Source: Vermamoeba vermiformis | Lineage: Eukaryota | Direction: 5' to 3' | Length of the DNA stretch: 64,000 nucleotides | NCBI GenBank assembly: GCA_045837725.1 | Contig: JBEWZL010000116.1 | Span: 1 to 64,000 of the forward strand | Translations under genes and position numbers: made by a program | The notes under the pieces: generated by a model | What the model was told of the DNA's origin: nothing | The model's input: the letters and a program-made list of their open reading frames with translations, nothing else | Databases searched by the model: none | Part shown: positions 41,340 through 52,106 of the stretch, piece after piece | Layout of the letters: each line of letters begins with the position of its first letter | How positions within the stretch are numbered: the stretch's first letter is position 1

Positions 41340-43669
41340 ATGAGCGATACGCCCAAGCCGATCGAGAAGATGACAGTTCCTGAGCTTAAGGCTGAGCTAC
41401 AAAAAAGGGGACTCGAACTAAAAGGCCTTAAAAAGGAGTTATATGAAAGGTTAAAGGCTGCTATTGACGCTGAAGCGGCTGGAGGAAATTCGGATGGGGC
41501 ATCAGGCAACAATGACCAAAATCAACCAGAAAAAAATACAGAAAATAATGAAGAGCAAGAACTTGATATAGGAAAAGCAGATAATAAGGAGGAGCAGGTA
41601 AATACTCTTACTGAACTTAAAATGTAATTTCAGAAATATTTCCTAGACGATATCTTTCGTTATTTTACTGTCCAATAGCATGGATAATACAAATGCACAT
41701 AGTAATTAATTTTAGTAATTTTTGGCTGGTGAAATACTCTTAATTAACGATTTTTTCAGATGGAGATCCAGAACGATAAAAAGCGAAAGCGCGACGAAGA
41801 AGAAGCCGCTCCAACCGAAAATGTAGAAATAAGTATGTAATAGAAAGTAACATATGCACATCCTATAGTATTTGTAGCAGATCTAACTCTGTTTAGACTC
41901 AGAACGGTCCGAAAAAGAAGACACACCGCAAGCTAAGCGAAGAAAAATAAATAATAACGAAGACAATATTGAAGTAGAATCGAAGAATAACGAGCAACAA
42001 GCGAGCACTGTTACAGAAGCTAAGGACGAGAAATCAGTGAATGTCGATGAAAAAAGCCAGAGCGAAACCTCATCAAAGCCAAGCGAAGGTAAATTAGCTT
42101 TATAGCAACTCATTTTATCAATTTTATTTGCAAATTTCCGAGCTTTTTATTGCATGATCCGGCATGCCTTAGTATTTGCCCTCTCGTGCGCAAGACACAA
42201 GAATCGTCGATTATTTGTCTTTTGAAATCAATCAATATTTATATATTCGTATCGTACTATAATATAGTTATTATACAATACTTATTGAACGCCAAGTCGA
42301 AATGAAATTTGCGTTTACGCTTCGAAAAAAAGTCAAATTAGATATCAATTCAGTTAGACAAAGTTCTTTGTTTATATTTAAGTGCTGATGACAAATCAAT
42401 TTACATATAAAAGGATTATTATTAACGATTGATTCTTTGTTTAGCCAAGCCGGTCAATGAAGCAGACAAAACAGAGAGTAGCAGTATTCCCGCACCAGCA
42501 GAAAGCACACAAAATCAAGCAGGAGCAAACAAATTGCGCAGATCGGGAGCACCCGGCGGTCGTAATACACTCCGTACTGAGACTGGTCTATTGTTCCAAT
42601 TGCCTGATAAGTCAAAGACCGGAAACACATCCACATCCGCATCCACAACAGCCACCAACAACGCTGCTAAAAACAGCACCGCACCAAAAAAGGAAGTCAA
42701 GCAAGATGATAAGCCACGTGATCGTGTTGGAGGTGGCGTTAGAATTGTTCCGCCGGCAACACGTACCATTGTTATTGAGCCGCCAACGAAGCCTCAGATC
42801 ATTCCGCCATTACGAAGAGAAGTTATTATTGAGCCGCCGAAGAAGGCCGTTATATTAGATGGTGATATGCCTAGAGTCGTTGTTAATGTCGGCAAGATGA
42901 CCAGATCCGTCATCGTACAAACAGATGAAGAGATCGACGACTTGAACAAATCGAGAAGAGGTACGGTTTGCTTATTTAAATCGATATATGACTCGTTATA
43001 ATACTGTTTCTATTATAGTTCCTAAGTCAGCTCGCCCTGCAACGAAAGCATTGAATATTCGAAACTTTGTAAAGCCGTTTGAAGAATTAGAAGTCCGACG
43101 ATTTTTAGAGAAATATGGAGATATCGATTACTTCTGGCTCGAAGGAAATCAATGTTTTGTTACTGTAAGTTAATCCATTATGGACCTATAATTGCCGTTC
43201 CGGAGACACATCCGAGATTACGCAAAGCTTTGGGACAGCTAATTAAAGTCGTAAATTTCTTGATTTTAACGATTATACTATTTATAGTACTCTTCTGTTG
43301 AAGAAGCGACAAACGCGCGAGAAGGAACGTACAACTTGATATGGCCGGTACATCCGAAGGCCAAGCCGTTGATTTCCGAGTTTGTTACTGAAAAGGACGC
43401 TAAGGACCACTTAAATAGACGTCAAGAATATATTAGACAGCGACGAGAGGGCGATCCGAGCGAAAAGAATAATAAAGACGAAATCGAATCCGAAGAAGGT
43501 AAAAAGTGAATCAGCAATAGTTATGATATCGTATATTAATTAACATGGGTTATATTTAGAAGCAGTAGCATTAGAAGAGATATTCAAGTTAACTAAGGCT
43601 AAGCCACCTATTTACTGGTTGCCGTTGACGGATGAGGAAGTTCAAGCCAAAAAGGCTCGTAGAAATTAA
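41340..43669 (+). CDS. ACIN1: Acinus-like protein (SAP domain, RRM, RSB motif; ASAP complex)
   Basis: SAP MTVPELKAELQKRGLELKGLKKELYERL; RRM ALNIRNFVKPF...CFVTYSSVEEATNAREGTYNLIWP; RSB LEEIFKLTKAKPPIYWLPLTDEEV. Confidence 0.9.
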
Positions 43670-44054
43670 TTATTGAACTTAATGAGTTAATATACCCAAA
43701 GTTTGGCCATTAAAGTCGAAATGTTACTATTAATTAATCTGTATTCCTTTTATAATACCGATTGTCGGCCGAGATCTAGCTAAATTAAGTGCCGCAAAGC
43801 AAAAAAACACGTTGGGTATTATCGGCATATTGTTTTTTTATGTTTGTATGTTGGTCAAACTCCGGTCATCTCTATAACTTTTAAACATTGCAATCTGAGG
43901 CTTTACTACTTTGTTGCAAAATCAAGTATTGCCATTTCGTTTTGTTCGACTAATCGGCCTTATATTGAACAGTACCATTTCAAATACCCTTCGGTTCGAT
44001 CGAACATTCATTAGCTGAGAAGATTACTTCTTTTAATCGAAAGAATATTTTATC

Positions 44055-44780
44055 GGCGTATCATCTTCCTATGTTAGGACTGACCAATCAAAGCCAGGAA
44101 AAAAATTCTACTAAAGTTATCAAGCCGCGCAAACAATCTTTTGAGATTGCGTTCGTCTTTCGTACCGGAGCTTTACCAGGCTTTGAATTAGTTTTGACAC
44201 GACACGTCAGTACCACTGGCTCGCTCCATATTTGGTGCTTCACGTGGAGTTCTGGTATCGAGATAGATTGTGAGCAATCACTGTTTCGATTGCTGACCTT
44301 AATGCTTCTCTAACCTCAGATGCTCACGATGATATCACGAGTGAGTGCGTACCTATAGGAGTAGTGACAGGTGCCACGAGGAACACATGGAATTACACCG
44401 TACTTGTTTAATAGATAGTCGATATTACCATAGTTAACTATCCCCCTGAATCGGGAAAGCACTCGTCAGTAACTTAGTACTGCGTACTGAGCGGGACTGA
44501 CAAGCCTTTGAAATTTCAGCTAGTCGCCAAGTGTTTCTCCCGATCAAAATCCTGAATTGCTATGGTTCCGTAGTCTAGATTAGGCTCGTCATAACGAGAC
44601 CAAACCTGTTAAATTCCTTGTAATGGTTCGAACTCGGCAAACCCAATTCCGCCTAGTCTTCAAGTTGGAGCAACCATAGGAACTAGAAACCTTCATACGG
44701 GTTGAGAAGGAACAGGTTTGACGATGATGGAATACGCTTTGCTAGCAAACGGCAAAAAAGGGGACATACAGCTTTGAGTC
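44055..44780 (+). ncRNA. Candidate large structured non-coding RNA (telomerase-RNA-like architecture)
   Basis: No credible ORF, more GC-balanced than its flanks. At least eight helices found by eye, many with G-U pairs that work only on the + strand, plus an H-type pseudoknot (44414-44566) and a three-way junction (44601-44720). Ends are uncertain. Confidence 0.55.
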
Positions 44781-45013
44781 CGGCGTTGAAATTTCCCCAT
44801 TGGAAGGTTCGCGACAAAGTTCCGAATAACAGAGAAAATATTAACTACAACGAGTTGGCGTGCACTTGTTCAACGGGCGCAACTTTAATTAAATTGTGAC
44901 ACTTTGACACTTCGTAGCGTTTCTTTTCTTTCAAAACGCCGAAGTCGGAATAAATAGGATATAATACTTAGTTAAAAATACAATATGTAACATTTTTTTC
45001 AATTCAAATTTGG

Positions 45014-45714
45014 TTAATTGCTTCGCGTGTAAAAAATTGCGTTCAAACTGAATTTGCTCCAGCGATCCTCTTCTTCATCGAACGAAGGCTCCCTGGATTC
45101 ATTTACGAGTTCTTCTTTACTCTCCTGGCTTTGCGAAACTGGTGCGCTTTCTTGCTCTGATTCAGATCTGTCATCGGTAGAGTCGGATTCGGATGCGCAA
45201 TCTTCTTCGCTCTGATTCAGCCGTTTCATTTCACTTACAATATGCTTTTCTAACTTGTCCCATCCTCGGCACTTCGATTTACCGCAGAGATAGTGGCTCA
45301 GTTTGGATTGACTAATAAAAAAAGGATTGAGTATCGGTTGCACGGATTTCAAACACATTTTGTTTAATTTCAATTGAATAGTAATTACCTTGTCTTTAAT
45401 AATCGAGCTGCTTCTCGTTGATTAAGCTCCCTAGTCCTCATCCAGCGCTTCAATTTGGCTAAAATTCGCGGATGTGGCATTTGTTGTTTTTCCAACATCA
45501 TGTAAACGTTTTCTTCAAGAATACTCTTAGCTTCATATGCACTGTTGTTCTGCAGTTGCGATTTTGTTTCGTTTGAAGGTTTTTGAGATCTGATTTAATA
45601 TACAAAAGACCGAAGTCAGCGACCGTTTAATTCAGAGATTATATTTATATATATTGAGATTAATTACCTGTATACATTGATTATTACTCGAGGTCGAATG
45701 CTGGTCATTGACAT
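45014..45714 (-). CDS. Putative transcription factor with lambda-repressor-like HTH, paralog B
   Basis: Three exons (MSMTSIRPRVIINVYR / ...PHPRILAKLKRWMRTRELNQREAARLLKT / SQSKLSHYLCGKSKCRGWDKLEKHI...); acidic Ser-rich tail. Confidence 0.7.
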
Positions 45715-46222
45715 TATTGTATTGTTCTTTTGAGGTGTTAAGGTCGATTGCAAAAAACTTAATTGATAATAATTCCCGATGATTAATTCTATGAATCGAC
45801 GCACACAGTGTCACTGAAAAATCACCTGAAATGCTGTGAAACAAGTTAAATACTTCCTTTTTAGGCAAGTACCGCGTTCAATCTCCTAACGATCTCACAA
45901 AGCTGTCTGTGCTTCTTGTCCTTAATAGGAATGTTTTTTTGAATAAAAACTGCGCACGACGACTATATAGAAGTACGTTATGCATATAATTACATTACGT
46001 AGTAATCGCAAATTAATAAACTTGAAATTTTGCCGGGATTATTATCCAAAAATGTTCCCAAAACGGCAAGCAACAGATATCTTTTGATTTATTTATTGCT
46101 GATAAGCTACATACGAAAATGCAATATTAAGCAAGGCAACGCTAATTGAGGTAACGATAATAACCCGAGCCAACGTCGGAGCGAGATCCGATCCAGCAAC
46201 TTGTTCTGTGGCAAGCATTGTC

Positions 46223-49200
46223 TTATGATTTACTTTCTACATCTGCAAGTTTATCAATTTCTTGCTGAACGTATTGAATAGCAGCTCGTTTGCTATCTTC
46301 CGGTGAATTTTCTTGTTCGAAAGCGAGTTCCATCTCGATCCCGAAAACAGCGTTCATTGGTCGATTGACTTTATATTCCAGATTGCCTCTGAACTTTTCA
46401 TCTAGCGGAAGATCTCGGGTCAATCCCAAAAGATGCTCCAAATACGATTTGTTCAACGGATCTGTCAAGAGCTTGCGATTTTGAATGGCGACTTCATGAA
46501 GGTACTCGTCGATTGTAGCAAACTCGTTCGGAGATATTTTTAGACCATAAACTCCGTAGAAGGCAGCATCATATTTCTTGAGACTACCGCTCTTGCCATT
46601 TAAAGCCTGCTCGATTTCTTTTTGTCGTTTGAACACCGGAAACAAATCGCATTTTTTGGTGGATGCAACGTGGTTTTTTAGCGCAGCAATTAGCTCTTCG
46701 TATCTCTTAGTCAAATCCTCGGTCCCGTAGAATACATGCTAAGAAACAATTAGAACGTAATTATAAATCATGCGCACAGTGATGTCAAATGTCAAAGTGT
46801 CAAAGTGTCACTTTTATCCGCGTCCGGATCAGATACTATAGACGGTCCCATTATTTCACGCGGCGATTATTATTTTGATCTTACCTTCAGTTTTTCCAGC
46901 TCAGTTTGCTTCATTTCAATCATTTTTTCATGTTGCTGCAACGCCCGCGCTTTCATCCCAAGCTGCACACGACATCTAAAATCAACGAAATCAGCTTCGT
47001 TATCCACGTAATGTTATAATATTATAGTATACTAACGTACGCTGATACCGTGGAAATTGAAGCAAGGTAAATGTGTTCCGGGGTGTTATGTGTCTTCCAT
47101 TCATTTTGACCGTTAGTAATGATCCCTGCTGCCGTATGTTTCATCCACTGACATTTTTCCGGTCGATCCACTCGGACTACGGGAAAAAAACAAAGCCGTT
47201 AGCTGATTGGTCGAACGAAAATTTTGCCGGGATCTGATCGGATCTTGGTCCGAACTTACAATACTCATGCACTGCTAATAATTGGGTACCCCATTTCTTG
47301 CAAGCCTTGTTTCCCTGATAATAATGAGTTTTCAACTGAAATTTCAACGTCGAAATCGCTCAAGTACACTTACGTAAAATGTCATTTCACTGATCTGCGT
47401 AACACAACTAGCTATAATATCGAATGCAACGGGTCCTAGTTTATCCATAACTACGTCCAATAGTGGCGTGATTTTGTCTTTCCACGGGGCATAAGGGTGA
47501 AAATCCTGCAAATAAAAATTTTACGTAAGAAAAATTCTGGCGGATCTGCCCGGTCAAACCTACCATTTCAAATTCATTCGATAACTGCTCTACTATCTTT
47601 CGAATATCCGTAGCTGGTTTATCTCTATCGAATAAGTTAATAAATAGTCATAGGTATATTTAAAGATTCGTTGGAGTCATACGGTAAAATAGGCACATTT
47701 TTGGCCGTGATAATTTTGCGCCAGGATTCATAGGTCGATATTAACTCTTGGCTAATGTTATCGATGCCTTTAGGAACCTTTCCGTAGGTCAAGGCGTATA
47801 CTACGGGTGACACACATGATGGATCTGCTGGTGGATTGTAATCCGCAATGAAAGCCTTCGTTTCGTAGCGGAATTCAAATTCTTGCAAATTTGCATCGGG
47901 AACAGCTGTTAAATGGTCTAGTACTGCAAAATAAATATAATTAGCGTTTACGATTGCCGTAGACTCGTCCATTAATTAATAAAAAACTTATCTCCGTTGA
48001 GATTTCATTTTTTAAAATTATCCGAATAGCTATAAGAAATTAATTTTATATAATTACGCTTTAATTTGCACTATTATTGAAAAGTTATTGAATTTTGAGC
48101 TAAAGAAGGGGATCCATCGTAGTTCAATTTCGCGAAATTTCGCGTCGTAACTCTTCGTCCAGTCAGGGTCAACTAAATAACTAAATATAGACTTACTTAT
48201 TTCAGAATAAGGTCTCATAGGCTCTGGTGCAGCTTGTCGTGATCGAAGCCAAGCCGGTTGTAGATCCTTCTTATGTTGGTACTTGATCAGATCGAACTCG
48301 AACGGCGTCGAGCCCATATTGAATTTGACCTCCATATTATTATTCAATGATAGAGTTGCGTGTAAGTTTGCCACGTTGCATAATGGTTCTATCATAAACT
48401 GCCGTGGATGCACTGCAAAAGTTTCTTTTGCTTCATACACGAGATTTCCATTTTTAGTAAAGAATACAGCGTTCTTTGCGAAGTTGATTCCGAACCCAAC
48501 TGTTATTTCCATATTAGGCAAATGATAAATTAAGATCTGCAAACCTTACCGACATCACCATCGTGGATCTTTCTGTCGGTCCGAACTGGATTCAAATGCT
48601 CGTCCGCTTCATAATAATGGGCACCTATAAATATAATAACAATCGTTAATAAATATCATATGGTACCAATTATATCACGCACTGTAGTGTTCTAGTTCAG
48701 CTGTTGCCGGATCGTCTTCCGGTGAAATTTCACACTCGATATAAATAGATCCGTCGCTGGCATAGCCATACGAACTACGACCGTGACCAACGGGACCATT
48801 ATATCCCTCTAAAGCACCGCCAATGAAGAACGGAGTATCGCTAAACGGATCCAGAAAAATTAGCGAATTTTGAAAGTGAACAAAGGCGTCTTATAATATT
48901 GTTACGTACGTATTTGACGAGTTTAGTACTTTAACTTCAAAGTATGCTGTTTTGAAATTTCCTTCGGGCAGAGGATACAGTTGTAGTTCGCTTTGTAGGC
49001 ACTGATCGACATCCAAATCCGTCAATATTTTAAAAAATACGGAATTAATATAATACGTACGATATAATCATGATTTTTTGCTCCTTGTTGCGCTGCTTCC
49101 GTTTTGAAATGATTTTTGGCGAGAGTTTGGGGATTTTGGGGTTGATTTTTGGGGACAAGTTCGTTCTCTCGGATTAATGAATTAAAATATGATACTATAC

Positions 49201-49505
49201 GAAACTCTTTTTTCCAATTATCGGTATTATAAGTTTGATCGGGGGGAAAATCTTCAGAGACAGATCCTGTTGCATAAAATTAAACGCCGCTCCAAAATTG
49301 AAATTAAATCGAAATAATTACCTCCTACGCCACATTTAGTAATATTTCTCGTAATCACCTCCCAAAGTCCATTTTGATCGTCAAATAATTTCAGATGCGT
49401 TGAGTTGACCGAATAGAGGTTGATTATTGACGACGTTGGCAGTAACAATAATATTTTTGCGATGATAGCGCTAGGTAGGTAATAAAAGGGCGATTTAGTG
49501 TCCAT
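46223..49505 (-). CDS. F-box-like plus SPRY-domain protein, paralog 1
   Basis: N-terminal FYYLPSAIIAKILLLLPTSSIINLYSVN (F-box-like). SPRY: TAYFEVKV, SYGYASDG, GDV..VGFGINFAKNAVFFTKNG, LHATLSL, FNMGSTPFEFDL. C-terminal helical domain shared with the paralogs. Confidence 0.8.
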
Positions 49506-49611
49506 TGAGTAGTGTTCTCTATTATTGAAATAGAAATTAAGTGAAATCATTTTCATTCAAAGAATTTTTGTGAATCAGACAGACTGAAGGGTAAAAACAT
49601 TTATAAACATA

Positions 49612-51614
49612 TTACGAGCCTTTGAAGCACTCTAACAATATTTTGTTGAAGTCAACATGAACTCCAGGAATCGAGATCTGTTTGAAAATGTTTGACCAGA
49701 TTTCTAACGGCAATACTGACAAGTAAATCTGTGGTCTTGCTACCATTATTCTTATAAATAACGTAATATTCAACCGCGACTGCTTTTTTGTCTGTTTGTT
49801 TGTTTCTAACCATTTGACCGTTTCAAAATCCGCAGTTTTGGATCGCACGCCGTTTGTTTTGAGAACAACAGTGTCTAAAACGCTATTATGCTTCAATACG
49901 ATTTTGATGTTATTCCAGAACTTTCTAATAATGTCGTTTGTAGGTTCAAAATCGCAAGTTAGCCTAAACGCTGAAATGCTGTTGTTTTTTCGGAGAATTT
50001 TGCTGCTTAATGCGTGCGTAGTTTTGACCGAAAGGCTTTGTAAAGTAGTATTAGTTGATAGGGCTAATGCAATCGATCTTCTAGTCTCTTTCAGCTCGTC
50101 ATCGAACACTATTCCCAGATGGATCAAGGTCGTATTTTCTGACAATAAAGGTGCAAGCTGATTGGTGCAATCCGCATTCAGGACAAATGAAACACTTGTC
50201 AATGTCTTATTCTTTTTAAGTCCAACAATAAATTTGGTCAAATCTGGCGAGTCGAATGGTGACGACATAAAATTGATCTTTAGGAGATTTTCATTGAACT
50301 TGTAAATTCTCCGAAATCGCTTCATTCCTGCAATATTGAAGCATCCGTTCAAAGACAACGATTCTAATGTCTTGCTTTCTTTGACTTTAGTACTGAATTT
50401 TTTCATTCCGCCGGTCAACTCGTTTGCATCTTTCAAACGCAATTCTTTTACTGAATCCAATTCTAATTTTGATACTAACGGCTGCATTTGTCCTTTTCTG
50501 ATCGTCAATTTTGGTACATGTGAGATAGATTGGGCAATGCTGAGAACATGTTCGGGGAGTGACGGCCAATCTGTCGTAGTAATTGATAGTGAACTGAGGT
50601 ACGGCGCACTAGCTATTGCACGATATGTAGCTAAGTGAATGTACGGCGCTGAGATTTTGAAATTTCGGATGGATTTGGTGTTGGTCAATAACTCGTAAAT
50701 GTATTTGGCCTTTTCTGCGGTTATATCCAACTGATCTGATACTTCGAATGTTATTATTCTTCCAGTATTAGCGATTATTTTTGCAATAATGTCAATAATT
50801 TGTGCAAATCTAGGTCCTTCCGAATCCAAACAAATTTCGGTAATGGATCTGCTCGTTGAGATTGCGTCAATTAACCATTGATTGCACCATTGATCTGAAT
50901 CAGCATAATAATCTACAACAGTAATTTTCTTGAGCGAGGTCGAAGTTTTGATAGCACAGCATAAATTTGGCGTTAATTTGATGGATCCTGGAAGTGTCAA
51001 TTCTTCCACGGATCGAATCGAAAATCCGTCCGTTCCTTGTGATAGTTCTGCTACTTGAGTAGCTGAGTGAGCAATTTTTTCCTAAAAGAAATTTCAGGTC
51101 AACGCAAGGATCAAAAAAAAGTCAGATCCGTTTTCGAACTTACTCTTGCTTCGTATAACTTGAGCCCCTTGCCTAGTTTTTTTTCTAGTATACTTCGAAT
51201 TCTAGCGACTTGATCTTGCGTTAGATTATTCGTTGACATTTCGAATACGTGGATGTAGGTTATTTTTGCGATCCTCGAGCAAAAGATGTCGAACGTGTCT
51301 TCTTCAAATATCAAATCGTGCAATATTAATTCTTTGGTCCATGCTTGAGTAATAGTATTGCAAAAGTAATGCACGTTGGCTTTGGAGATCTTGGTGAACT
51401 GGATTTGCAACACGAATCTCTTCCCGATAAATTTTCTTGATATTATTCCTTTTGATAAAATTTTCCAACTATTTTCGTCAAATTTATCCTCTTGAATTGT
51501 AATTTTGAGCTCGTGGCTATTCTTGATTGCGTTTGACAAAAACTTATTGGCTTGGATCGGAATATAAAAAAGTATTTCCTCCATTTCAATATCGAACTTT
51601 TTATCTCCGTTCAT
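49612..51614 (-). CDS. RNI-like leucine-rich-repeat protein with C-terminal F-box-like motif
   Basis: Two exons (51111-51614 spliced to ~51082). Repeats such as LKKNKTLTSV, LSENTTLIHL and LSTNTTLQSL; C-terminal LSVLPLEIWSNIFKQI. Confidence 0.75.
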
Positions 51615-52106
51615 TAATATTTGTAAGCTGCCATAATTTGTCGCCTAGCAAAAAATTTGCATTAAAAATTTAGATCAATCACCAAAATACCCGATAAAGC
51701 CAAAAGTAAAAATCATATATTCATATAAAACGATAAAAATATATTCTGGAAATTATATTAATTTTTTTTCTTCGTTAGCGTACCACTGCGTAGTCCCTCT
51801 TGTAGCTCGATCCATTTCCGCCTATACGCGGTACGAAGAACATATTGTTACTTGCCATTGTTGTTGCAATAGTGCACTGAAACTCTTGTAATGGCCCTCG
51901 GGTCCCATTGTGTTTTCTTTGATTTTGTGATTCGAAAGAAAAAGAGGGCCCAAATTTAGTTATTATCTTTTGAGAGAGATAAGCTAAAACAAGGTTTATT
52001 GTCCTAAACTGGTTTACTAATTCATACGAGTCGCTTTAAAATCAATTAAGAAATTATGTCTTTTTGACCAAACGTTGACCGACGTTATATTTCAGATCGT
52101 AAAGTA

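Noticed and set aside
44010-44030. GAGAAGATTA resembling U6 snRNA
   Set aside because: Lacks the ACAGAGA box and the downstream AGC/ISL sequence.
44071-44313. 80-aa ORF, and the 65-aa ORF at 44702-44899, within the structured block
   Set aside because: No recognisable protein features, splice pattern or codon bias; base-pairing explains the region better.
44445-44560. Group I intron P/Q-like words (AATCGGGAA, AATCCTGA)
   Set aside because: No matching R/S (P7) elements and no host rRNA/tRNA exons were found.
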